Shown here in pieces: positions 1 to 7,475 of a stretch of DNA of 26,212 nt (within the stretch, counting starts at the first letter, position 1; each line of letters opens with the position of its first letter). The DNA comes from a virus (lineage: Duplodnaviria > Caudoviricetes), in the IMG/VR virus record IMGVR_UViG_3300020442_000903, positions 1 to 26,212 of that record; one strand, 5' to 3'. The notes beneath the pieces were generated by a model, which saw only the letters and a program-made list of their open reading frames with translations, had not been told where the DNA came from and searched no databases. A program made the translations under genes and the position numbers.

Positions 1-345
1 TTCTATCTCAACAAGAGATATATGAGTCGTCCACATATCCTGATGAGTGTAGTTCGTCATGAAGGATGGCACGCTGCACAAGATTGTATGGCAGGCACTA
101 TTAAGAACAACATGATTGCCATCATTAAGAATGAGGAAGATGTTCCTGGCATTTGGAAGGAGATGGTAAAGCGCACCTATCCTGCACACGCACAACCTTG
201 GGAAGCAGAAGCTACCTGGGCAGGCAAGACTGAAGGTATGACTCAGAAGGCACTTGAATCTTGTGCTCGTGGTACTATGTGGACTGATTATGATCCTACA
301 CCTATGACTGAAGAATGGCTAAGAGAAAACAACTACATCAAGTAA
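1..345 (+). CDS. 5'-truncated phage protein with HExxH motif (putative zinc metallopeptidase-like)
   Basis: Frame 1 is open from base 1 (FYLNKRY-MSRP...), so the true start lies upstream of the window. VRHEGWHAAQ (HExxH) is followed by PWEAEA, a possible third-ligand Glu. Confidence 0.65.
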   Translation, partial: FYLNKRYMSRPHILMSVVRHEGWHAAQDCMAGTIKNNMIAIIKNEEDVPGIWKEMVKRTYPAHAQPWEAEATWAGKTEGMTQKALESCARGTMWTDYDPTPMTEEWLRENNYIK

Positions 346-485
346 AGACTCAATGGTATTATTGGTTCTGGGGCGCTGCTACAGTTGCAGTTGTCTCAGG
401 ACAGATATATGTTGGTCTTGGTTATAGAGACATGGCAGACTCATTTAAGTCATATGTCATAAATACTAAAAAAGTCTCGGAATAG
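315..485 (+). CDS. small single-pass membrane protein (56 aa), not in ORF track
   Basis: Manual translation: MAKRKQLHQVKTQWYYWFWGAATVAVVSGQIYVGLGYRDMADSFKSYVINTKKVSE*. Basic N-terminus then a hydrophobic helix; its stop (483-485) abuts the gp5 ATG. Confidence 0.6.
   Translation: MAKRKQLHQVKTQWYYWFWGAATVAVVSGQIYVGLGYRDMADSFKSYVINTKKVSE
459..465 (+). promoter_or_regulatory. T4-type late promoter (ATAAATA) upstream of gp5
   Basis: cATAAATA 20 nt before the gp5 start; near-match to the gp55 consensus TATAAATA. Confidence 0.65.
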
Positions 486-2870
486 ATGTCAATCGTCGAT
501 GGTATCCTAAATGAACCTGATACCAATTTTATTGGTAAAGACGGATTTTTCTGGTGGGTTGGAGAAGTAGAAGATAACGAAGATCCCATGGAATTGGGTC
601 GTGTAAAAGTTCGTTGTCTTGGATACTATACCAACTTCGGCGGAGGAACTCTTGCTGACTTACCAACTAACAGTTTGCCCTGGGCAACAGTATTGCAGCA
701 CACCTCTCAACCTGGCAACGATGGTCAGGGTGAAAGTTCTGGTCAACTGCAACCTGGTGCGATTGTCTTGGGTTTCTTTATGGACGGTGACATGGCACAA
801 ATGCCAGTCGTCTTGGGTGTTATGCGTGTAAACAAAGCAGAATCTACAAGAACGACAGGTAAGATGGCATTTACCAACGTTGTTCCTGACGCTGGTGTTG
901 TAATTAATAATTCAACTCTTCATCCCGCTGAAAAAAATACTGTAAAACCGTCAAGAATCAATCGCCAGTCTAATAGTAATGCTGTAGCATATCCTGGACA
1001 GGCGAAGACTATCACGGGTGGTATGGGATCCCCTAAGAATATTGGTATTGACATGCCTGGGGGCACAACGAATCCTGTCAAACCATTAGATCCTGAGAAA
1101 CCAATTCCTGCTGCCAATGGTATTGGTGGACCATGGAAGACACTGGAGTACAAGTTATCATATCTATTGGAAGATCTTTGTAATAGTTGTTCTAGTATTG
1201 TAAAAGCAGAAGGCGGTGAATACTTAGATCTTACAACTGGTCGTTTGATTACAAAAAAAGAACTGACTCGTGTTATTAGAGATTATATTACTACAATCTA
1301 TGCTCAAGTAATATCATCAATTCGTCAGGGAATGATCTCTCTGACTGAAGATTTGAAGTTGACACAGTTAATGTTGTCAACAACAGGAACGCCGTTCAAT
1401 TTGTATAGGGTAGTAACTGCTGCTATTACACAAATATTATCTAAGGCATGTGCGGTTGATAATATGCTCAACCTTTATGTAAATGATATGATGAAAGTTG
1501 TTGATGAATCTGTTGATAAGTATTTGACTGGTGCTCAAGATAAACCTACTATGGTTACTCGCACAGTGCTATCCATCAATGAAAAGATTATTAGTGATAC
1601 AGCAGATCTTATCAAAGAGATTGGTGATCTTACAAAGAAAATTAAAGATCAAGTCAATGATCTGAATACTAATGATGATTTGTTATTAGACACTTGGGAA
1701 AGAGGATTTACTATATTTGAAAACCTGACAACACTATTCAACAACGGACAATATGGTTTTATTAGTCTGACTCCTGTGTTCAAACTGTTGGGTCAGTTTG
1801 GCGCTGGATGCCAGAGAACTCCTGAAGGTGCTGCAAAGACTGCTGGGTGGTATCCTTTGTTTGGTATCACTAGATGTGATATGCAGGAACTGGAGATGTT
1901 TAATAAGATGAGAGGATCTGTTTCTGATGGGACAGATTTATTCTCCTCAGTCTTCAGAGATGCTGATCCATACTTATCTACAGCAAAGAATCATGTCAAC
2001 GGTTCATATGATGTATGGTTAGGTACGCCTGGTCGTCAAGCGGACGTTAGCAAAAGATGTAATGGCACAACACATACATCATTGGTATTAAATAACTCCC
2101 ACTTTGCTGAGAAGATTGCTAGAGATACATTCAAGAAAGAAAACCCAAATGCTACAGCAGCAGAAATTGAAGCAGCGGTAGAAGAGTTTCGTAAGAAACA
2201 GACTGGAGGTAAAGGTGACACTGGATCTCTGGTTGCAGATCATATCACTTACGCTGGCACATTGACTCAGGAAGTTCACGGTGATGACTGTAAGTTAGTC
2301 AGTGGACACCAGGCAGTGTCTATTGATGGTGATTACTTCCTTAAGATTACAGGTGATTGTCACTTAGAAGTTGGTGGAGGATTCTTCCTTAGTGCTGAAG
2401 GTTCACCGAAAGCATCGGGTAAGATTCAGCGCCATGCATTGAAGTTTGGATCTGATGTTGATATGAGTGTCGTTGGTGCTAAGTTCCATTTCCAGAGTAG
2501 TGAATTGGATCTATCCGCAACTAAGAGTAGATTCACGGGTAGTTTCTATGAGAACACTAATGATGTTCAGGTTATGAGTGGATTAGATATCTCTTTACAC
2601 ACTCAAAGTAGTATTCAAGTTGTCACTCCACACCTTTTAGAATTGATTGGTGTAGAGAACCCAATATATCCCAAAGCACTTAGAGGTAAGAGAAGTGTTA
2701 CTGTGGGCGGTAATTACGAACATCACTACCATACTGGACAAGTCGATTTGTACAAAGACTATAGAATTTCTCTTGCTAATCCAAAGGCACTATATAATGA
2801 GAAGATGAACGACGGCGAACTTCGTCAGTTCATTGGAGGATCTGCTCTCTCAACCGAATCTACCTCTTGA
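486..2870 (+). CDS. gp5: baseplate hub subunit gp5 (T4 gp5-like; no recognisable lysozyme domain)
   Basis: N-terminal OB-fold signature GFFWWVGEVEDNEDPMELGRVKVRCLGYY...LPWA...GAIVLGFFMDG...PVVLG; C-terminal 8-residue beta-helix repeats (VHGDDCKL-VSGHQAVS-IDGDYFLK-ITGDCHLE-VGG). Confidence 0.9.
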   Translation: MSIVDGILNEPDTNFIGKDGFFWWVGEVEDNEDPMELGRVKVRCLGYYTNFGGGTLADLPTNSLPWATVLQHTSQPGNDGQGESSGQLQPGAIVLGFFMDGDMAQMPVVLGVMRVNKAESTRTTGKMAFTNVVPDAGVVINNSTLHPAEKNTVKPSRINRQSNSNAVAYPGQAKTITGGMGSPKNIGIDMPGGTTNPVKPLDPEKPIPAANGIGGPWKTLEYKLSYLLEDLCNSCSSIVKAEGGEYLDLTTGRLITKKELTRVIRDYITTIYAQVISSIRQGMISLTEDLKLTQLMLSTTGTPFNLYRVVTAAITQILSKACAVDNMLNLYVNDMMKVVDESVDKYLTGAQDKPTMVTRTVLSINEKIISDTADLIKEIGDLTKKIKDQVNDLNTNDDLLLDTWERGFTIFENLTTLFNNGQYGFISLTPVFKLLGQFGAGCQRTPEGAAKTAGWYPLFGITRCDMQELEMFNKMRGSVSDGTDLFSSVFRDADPYLSTAKNHVNGSYDVWLGTPGRQADVSKRCNGTTHTSLVLNNSHFAEKIARDTFKKENPNATAAEIEAAVEEFRKKQTGGKGDTGSLVADHITYAGTLTQEVHGDDCKLVSGHQAVSIDGDYFLKITGDCHLEVGGGFFLSAEGSPKASGKIQRHALKFGSDVDMSVVGAKFHFQSSELDLSATKSRFTGSFYENTNDVQVMSGLDISLHTQSSIQVVTPHLLELIGVENPIYPKALRGKRSVTVGGNYEHHYHTGQVDLYKDYRISLANPKALYNEKMNDGELRQFIGGSALSTESTS

Positions 2871-2895
2871 CACCCGCCTGTTTATGCTCTATAAT
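2867..2895 (+). promoter_or_regulatory. perfect sigma70-type promoter (TTGACA-N17-TATAAT)
   Basis: TTGACA 2867-2872 (overlapping the gp5 stop), 17-bp spacer, TATAAT 2890-2895. Confidence 0.85.
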
Positions 2896-2918
2896 ATGGA
2901 GGTAAACAAGGCAACCCA

Positions 2919-3116
2919 ATGCAAGACACCAGCGTTGAGCACATCTTCATCAACTTCTCGAAACGCTCTGTGAAGATTGTTGATGACGAAGGTTACGATA
3001 AGACTGTAACCTGGAAATGGGATGATGAAGGATCTGAAGGATTTGCTGAAACTGTCAGCAGGATCCAAGATCAAGTAGATCACAACCTTATTACATATTC
3101 ATTTGCAACCCAATGA
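2919..3116 (+). CDS. hypothetical phage protein (65 aa)
   Basis: First ORF after the sigma70 promoter; ATGA-coupled to the next gene. Confidence 0.75.
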   Translation: MQDTSVEHIFINFSKRSVKIVDDEGYDKTVTWKWDDEGSEGFAETVSRIQDQVDHNLITYSFATQ

Positions 3117-3334
3117 TTGGACCTATCGGAGTCACTGAGGAACAAGCAGAACAGTATTTAGAATTCATGGTTGATTTGACTGATTCTCAAAGAGTTATCT
3201 GGAAAATTACTCGTTCTGATGGTACATCTGTTATGATGGTTCCTGTCAATGAAATCCCTCCTGTATCTGAAGAAATTCAAAATCAGGTAGAAGAATTCCG
3301 AAAAGAATTTATTGAACAAAATGAAAGTAATTGA
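3113..3334 (+). CDS. hypothetical protein, possibly Phd/YefM-like fold
   Basis: ATGA overlap with upstream ORF; pattern VTEEQAEQYLEFMVDL...WKITRSDGTSVMMVP resembles Phd/YefM N-termini (ITR-x-G-x-x-V-hydrophobic-P). Confidence 0.6.
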   Translation: MIGPIGVTEEQAEQYLEFMVDLTDSQRVIWKITRSDGTSVMMVPVNEIPPVSEEIQNQVEEFRKEFIEQNESN

Positions 3335-3818
3335 CAACTTTCTCACTGATGATGAATTTAGAATGCTTGAGTTAACGGTCATGAACCTTCATGATTGTGA
3401 CTTTCCTTTCTATATTCAAAAAAGCGTTGCTCATCGTGGAGAGAAAACAGAACCATGGTCATGGATGGGAACACATGTTCTCTATCATCAACGTGAACCT
3501 AAGAGTCCATTCTTTAGCATGATTGATCATATGTTTTTAGATAGGATTGAAATGCGTTCTTTACTCAGAATCAAAGCAAACTTTTTTCCTTGGACACCTG
3601 AAGTAAGAACACATCCATTACATGTCGATTATTCATTTGAAAACATGGGTGCATTATTTTCTATCAATACATGCGACGGGTACACGTTGTTTGAAGATGG
3701 AACCAAAGTAAATAGTGTGGCAAACCGAATGATGTTTTTTGATCCCCAAGTTAAGCATAGTTCTTCTACAACATCTAATGCTCATGGGAGATACAATATC
3801 AATTTTAATTTTTTATGA
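3321..3818 (+). CDS. 2OG-Fe(II) oxygenase superfamily protein
   Basis: Probable start ATG 3321 (MKVIDNFL); HVD (HxD), distal H in VKHSS and R in GRYNINFNF. Confidence 0.8.
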   Translation: MKVIDNFLTDDEFRMLELTVMNLHDCDFPFYIQKSVAHRGEKTEPWSWMGTHVLYHQREPKSPFFSMIDHMFLDRIEMRSLLRIKANFFPWTPEVRTHPLHVDYSFENMGALFSINTCDGYTLFEDGTKVNSVANRMMFFDPQVKHSSSTTSNAHGRYNINFNFL

Positions 3819-4015
3819 GACCTGAAACACGAAAGTCAATGGAAATGCTTTTTCATGCTAAATGGAACTTGCCAAAAGCAGCGAAAAATGCTAATCTAAC
3901 TGACAAAGAGATGAAGATCACATTCAATGAGTATTGTGCTTTTCATCCCCCAACCTATGATGGGAGTGTGGCGGAATCGGTAGACGCACCAGACTTAAAA
4001 TCTGTTGACCGTTAA
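3815..4015 (+). CDS. small phage protein whose 3' end runs into tRNA-Leu
   Basis: ATGA-coupled to the oxygenase; MRPETRKSMEMLFHAKWNLPKAAKNANLT...; bases 3962-4015 are shared with the tRNA. Confidence 0.65.
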   Translation: MRPETRKSMEMLFHAKWNLPKAAKNANLTDKEMKITFNEYCAFHPPTYDGSVAESVDAPDLKSVDR

Positions 4016-4046
4016 GGTCGTGGGGGTTCAAGTCCCCCCACTCCTA
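3962..4046 (+). tRNA. trnL: tRNA-Leu (anticodon TAA)
   Basis: Acceptor GGGAGTG/CACTCCT, D-arm GGCGGAATCGGTAGACGC, anticodon loop CT-TAA-AA, long variable arm GACCGTTAAGGTC, T-loop GGTTCAAGTCC; no encoded CCA. Confidence 0.93.
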
Positions 4047-4048
4047 TT

Positions 4049-4120
4049 GCCTTTGTAGCTCAGTGGTAGAGCAGGGCTTTTGTAAAGCTCAGGTCGCAAG
4101 TTCAAATCTTGTCGAAGGCT
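4049..4120 (+). tRNA. trnT: tRNA-Thr (anticodon TGT)
   Basis: GCCTTTG/CGAAGGC acceptor, TAGCTCAGTGGTAGAGC D-arm, GGGCT-TT-TGT-AA-AGCTC anticodon arm, GTTCAAATC T-loop. Confidence 0.93.
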
Positions 4121-4122
4121 TT

Positions 4123-4195
4123 GGGGAATTAGCTCAGTTGGTAGAGCGCCTGCTTTGCAAGCAGGATGTCATCGGTTCGAGTCCGTTATTCTCCA
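4123..4195 (+). tRNA. trnA: tRNA-Ala (anticodon TGC)
   Basis: GGGGAAT/ATTCTCC acceptor with the G3:U70 alanine identity pair, CCTGC-TT-TGC-AA-GCAGG anticodon arm, GGTTCGAGTCC T-loop. Confidence 0.93.
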
Positions 4196-4200
4196 CTCAA

Positions 4201-4272
4201 TCCTCTTTAGCTCAGCGGTAGAGCGGTTGACTGTTAATCAATTGGTCCCTGGTTCGATCCCAGGAAGGGGAG
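4201..4272 (+). tRNA. trnN: tRNA-Asn (anticodon GTT)
   Basis: TCCTCTT/AGGGGA acceptor region, TAGCTCAGCGGTAGAGC D-arm, TTGA-CT-GTT-AA-TCAA anticodon arm, CCTGG-TTCGATC-CCAGG T-arm. Confidence 0.93.
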
Positions 4273-4274
4273 TT

Positions 4275-4820
4275 ATGCAAATTGTTGATAATTTTTTAGA
4301 ACCATATTACTTTGATTATCTCCATGATTGTGTGATCAATCAAGGATTTACTTGGAAATATCAAAGTAATGTCTCTGTGTACAGAGAAGGTGATAGTGAC
4401 TGGTTACATGGATTTACTCACGGATTATATGATCCTGCATGTGGATTAAATTTTAATAATACTGAGTCTAGTATATGGATTCCTTTTATTCTAAAAATCG
4501 AACAAGATTTTGTGAAGAAAAAAGGATCGCTAATACGATCGAGATTGGATATGACAGTAAAGTCTCCTCCTAATACATTACATACACCACATCAAGATCT
4601 AAAAGATCCTCATTGGACTACAATTTTTTATCTTACTGATAGTGATGGTGAAACCGTAATATATAATGAAACTGAACGATCAGATTCCTATACTATTATG
4701 GAAAAGATTACACCAAAGAAAAATCGTATCGTATTTTTTGATGGTGCTCATTTTCACACGGGGCATTCTCCATGTAAAACTAATAGAAGGATACTGATGA
4801 ATTCCAATTTCATCAAATGA
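4275..4820 (+). CDS. 2OG-Fe(II) oxygenase superfamily protein
   Basis: True start is ATG 4275 (MQIVDNFL), directly after tRNA-Asn; the track's 4155 start reads through tRNAs. HQD, IFYLTDSDGETVIY, FHTG, RRILMNSNF. Confidence 0.8.
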   Translation: MQIVDNFLEPYYFDYLHDCVINQGFTWKYQSNVSVYREGDSDWLHGFTHGLYDPACGLNFNNTESSIWIPFILKIEQDFVKKKGSLIRSRLDMTVKSPPNTLHTPHQDLKDPHWTTIFYLTDSDGETVIYNETERSDSYTIMEKITPKKNRIVFFDGAHFHTGHSPCKTNRRILMNSNFIK

Positions 4821-4990
4821 AAAAAGACTATGATGGTCCCTTATATGCACCCTGGTATAAAGTTGTTGAAGGTAAAAAACACAACAAAGAATGGTTAGAA
4901 CGACATGGCATTTCTAGTACATCCACTCCCACCGAATCCAGTATGGGTGAAGAAGGAATATCTTTACGACCACCAGAAGGGACACGGTGA
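4817..4990 (+). CDS. small hypothetical protein (57 aa), not in ORF track
   Basis: ATGA-coupled to the oxygenase stop; MKKDYDGPLYAPWYKVVEGKKHNKEWLERHG...; fills the gap before 4905 and overlaps that gene by 86 nt. Confidence 0.45.
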   Translation: MKKDYDGPLYAPWYKVVEGKKHNKEWLERHGISSTSTPTESSMGEEGISLRPPEGTR

Positions 4991-5549
4991 ACTCACACCT
5001 GGTATCTGGATCTCTGTAAAGAGTGTTCAGACCAAGGCACTATACTTCGAGACACTTCTTACCGAATATGGTGCCTTATTTGATAAGTTACCATTGAGCG
5101 CATTCGTATGGAAAAAGGATTTCGATCCTGAAGATCAATTACCATTAGATGTACTTGAACTTTGGGACTGTTTCGACTATAATATCACAGTAGTTCGGAA
5201 ACCTATTCTAGGACGTTGCGAGTTCTTTGGAAAGGACAAAAAAATGCACGCAGGAGAGTATGAATTTACGATTGACTCTGCTCATCCAGATCAGTCTATT
5301 ATTGACACTAATTTTTCTGAGTTGGATCCCGAACATAAATCGTTCAACGTCATCGCCCTCGATAATGGACAGTTCGCTGCCCAACCAAACAATCGAGTAA
5401 TCTGGCGAGATAATTCTCTTATCCCAGGGAAACTTGAACAACCCGATTTCAAAGTTTGCACACAAAACTATGCCGTTGAAACAGAACCAAAGTGGTGGAC
5501 AGTTGGACACACAGACGAGTGGCAGTACAAAACCGAAGACGGTGCTTGA
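4905..5549 (+). CDS. hypothetical phage protein (214 aa)
   Basis: Long ORF with globular-protein composition; no family recognised with confidence. Confidence 0.8.
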   Translation: MAFLVHPLPPNPVWVKKEYLYDHQKGHGELTPGIWISVKSVQTKALYFETLLTEYGALFDKLPLSAFVWKKDFDPEDQLPLDVLELWDCFDYNITVVRKPILGRCEFFGKDKKMHAGEYEFTIDSAHPDQSIIDTNFSELDPEHKSFNVIALDNGQFAAQPNNRVIWRDNSLIPGKLEQPDFKVCTQNYAVETEPKWWTVGHTDEWQYKTEDGA

Positions 5550-5808
5550 AACCTCCTTTGGTGGAACTGTAGAAAAAACTATTCCTGAGAATGCTGAGTG
5601 GATCGATGATGCTTTTTATATCAAAAAGACTCGGTTTGGTCTCTTTACATCTATTCTGAAAGAACCTCTTGGTCAGCATTTTATTACTGGTGCAACATAC
5701 GAAGGAGTTCTAACTATGTCTAGGTGGCATCTCAAGTGCTTGCAAGAAGGCACTCTCGATGATTATACTCGCACTGTTAATAGTGGTGTAGTTGGAGGTA
5801 AACTGTGA
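5542..5808 (+). CDS. hypothetical phage protein (start uncertain: GTG 5542 or ATG 5470)
   Basis: C-terminal part of track ORF 5434-5808 (EWIDDAFYIKKTRFGLFTS...VVGGKL); stop overlaps the next gene's start. Confidence 0.65.
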   Translation: MLETSFGGTVEKTIPENAEWIDDAFYIKKTRFGLFTSILKEPLGQHFITGATYEGVLTMSRWHLKCLQEGTLDDYTRTVNSGVVGGKL

Positions 5809-6023
5809 TGGAAACATATGCACATCAAAGGAAGTGTCGTTTAGCAGATGTCATTTTAGATTATCTCGACGATGAAGAAGTTTCTGCACGTCGCTTGTAT
5901 GAAGAACTGCTTGCCGAGACTTCCGAAATGATTGACTATCATCAACGCCATGCAAAAAAGTATGAAGAATTCAGAGAACTCATCCAAGGACACAGACTTA
6001 TCGATTCCTTTGAATCTGATTGA
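5805..6023 (+). CDS. hypothetical phage protein (72 aa, helical)
   Basis: GTGA/ATG coupling to the upstream gene; amphipathic helix pattern. Confidence 0.65.
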   Translation: MMETYAHQRKCRLADVILDYLDDEEVSARRLYEELLAETSEMIDYHQRHAKKYEEFRELIQGHRLIDSFESD

Positions 6024-6120
6024 TGAATGGCAATCGTATCTCGATGCGTGTGAATCTTTGGACGTGACACCTAACAAGCGTCGCTTCCTCCGATACAATG
6101 AATTGTATCCGTATAAATAG
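5962..6120 (+). CDS. small hypothetical protein (start uncertain)
   Basis: C-terminal IDEWQSYLDACESLDVTPNKRRFLRYNELYPYK fills the gap to the late promoter; start could be ATG 5962 or TTG 6010. Confidence 0.45.
   Translation: MKNSENSSKDTDLSIPLNLIDEWQSYLDACESLDVTPNKRRFLRYNELYPYK
6112..6119 (+). promoter_or_regulatory. T4 late promoter TATAAATA
   Basis: Exact consensus, 27 nt upstream of the structural-gene block starting at 6147. Confidence 0.85.
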
Positions 6121-6146
6121 ACCTGTAGCAAATAGTGTGATTATTC

Positions 6147-7469
6147 GTGGGAACCCGTAAAATTTCTCAGTTAGATACAATCTCGGATGCTAACCTATCT
6201 GGAGAAGCAATTCTTCCAGTCGTTGTTTCCGACCCATTGATTCCTAACCGAAAGGCAAAAATCAATCAACTCTTTCGTGGAGTAACTCAGGGCACAAAAG
6301 CTGCTCCTGGACTTTGTTTTGACCTGGACCGAGACACGGGACTATACCAAGCAGCATACGATCAAATCGGTATTGCTTTTGGTGATGGTGGATTCTACAT
6401 GACTAGAATCGACAATGGAAATGACAGTGCTTCACTGTATATGACCGCTGTTGATGACACTGCTGCAAACGTAGACGTTGTTCTTGCTCCTAAAGGAACA
6501 GGTGCTGTTAAGGTTACTGGTAACTTTGTTATCTCTGACCAAGCATTTATTCTGGAAGATGCACAGGGACCTAAGGCACGTTTTGAAGTTAGTAACGTTG
6601 GTACTGGCACAAATACTCGTATCTTTACATTCCCTGCTATTACATCTGGTAACGGCACCACTGTTGTTGGTGACGATACTACGCAGACTCTCAGGAACAA
6701 AACACTTCTTATTGATGAAGATAACTTAGTCATCACTGATGGTGATGAAGAAGCAATCTTCCAAATTAACTGGGCTACCACACAAGATGCACGTCGTTCT
6801 TACTTCTTGCCTGATGCAGGAACTGTAACTACAACTGCCGAACCTACTGCTACTGCTTCTACTTTACTTGATACTAAGGCAGAACAAACTGTTCTTAGTA
6901 AGACATTCGTCAACGTAAAATTAACTTCTAACGCAGAAACTGATACAAACTACGCGCAGTTCAATACTGATGCACTGGATGCGAATAGAACAATTACTAT
7001 CCCCAACCAGAGTTTGACTCTTGTAGGTACTGAAGCAACACAAATTATCTCTAACAAAAGTGTAGAGGGTTTAATTCTTCAAGATCCTATCGATAACACG
7101 AAGAAAATTAACTTTACTGTTGCTAATCAAAATACTTTATCTAATGAAGCGTTTCAATTCCCAGAAACAAATACCCTAAATAACTCAGGTGCAACAAATA
7201 CACTTGTAACCGCACTTGCGACGCAGACTCTCGCCTCTAAGACTCTCAGTAATCCTATTATTACTTCTCCGACTAATGCAGATGGTTCTGTCATCTTCTC
7301 TACGGAAGGTCTTACTGGTCCGAGAACCATCAGATTCCCTGATGCTAATGCGACCCTTCTCTCTACCGAGAACGTAACTCTAGATGACGTTACATTTGGT
7401 GCTGGTATCGGCGCTAACAACCTCACTGGTTTGACCAGACAACAACAATTCTTCTTTGCAGGACAATAA
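6147..7469 (+). CDS. virion structural / tail-fibre-like protein with internal repeats
   Basis: GTG start after late promoter; four or five repeats of R-x-[IF]-x-[FLI]-P...T-[LV]-x(3-4)-QT[LV]xxKT (TTQTLRNKT, AEQTVLSKT, ATQIISNKS, ATQTLASKT), typical of phage fibre shafts. Confidence 0.75.
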   Translation: MGTRKISQLDTISDANLSGEAILPVVVSDPLIPNRKAKINQLFRGVTQGTKAAPGLCFDLDRDTGLYQAAYDQIGIAFGDGGFYMTRIDNGNDSASLYMTAVDDTAANVDVVLAPKGTGAVKVTGNFVISDQAFILEDAQGPKARFEVSNVGTGTNTRIFTFPAITSGNGTTVVGDDTTQTLRNKTLLIDEDNLVITDGDEEAIFQINWATTQDARRSYFLPDAGTVTTTAEPTATASTLLDTKAEQTVLSKTFVNVKLTSNAETDTNYAQFNTDALDANRTITIPNQSLTLVGTEATQIISNKSVEGLILQDPIDNTKKINFTVANQNTLSNEAFQFPETNTLNNSGATNTLVTALATQTLASKTLSNPIITSPTNADGSVIFSTEGLTGPRTIRFPDANATLLSTENVTLDDVTFGAGIGANNLTGLTRQQQFFFAGQ

Positions 7470-7475
7470 TTAACA

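Noticed and set aside
3990-4005. Group I intron in tRNA-Leu(UAA), as in many cyanobacteria
   Set aside because: The anticodon loop CTTAAAA is contiguous; there is no insertion.
4171-4187. tRNA-Ala as a pseudogene because of a T:T mismatch in the T-stem (ATCGG/CCGTT)
   Set aside because: Single mismatch only; acceptor, G3:U70, D-arm and anticodon arm are intact.
4155-4274. N-terminal 40 aa of track ORF 4155-4820
   Set aside because: It reads through tRNA-Ala and tRNA-Asn; paralogues start at M-x-[VI]-[IV]-DN[FY]L, which points to ATG 4275.
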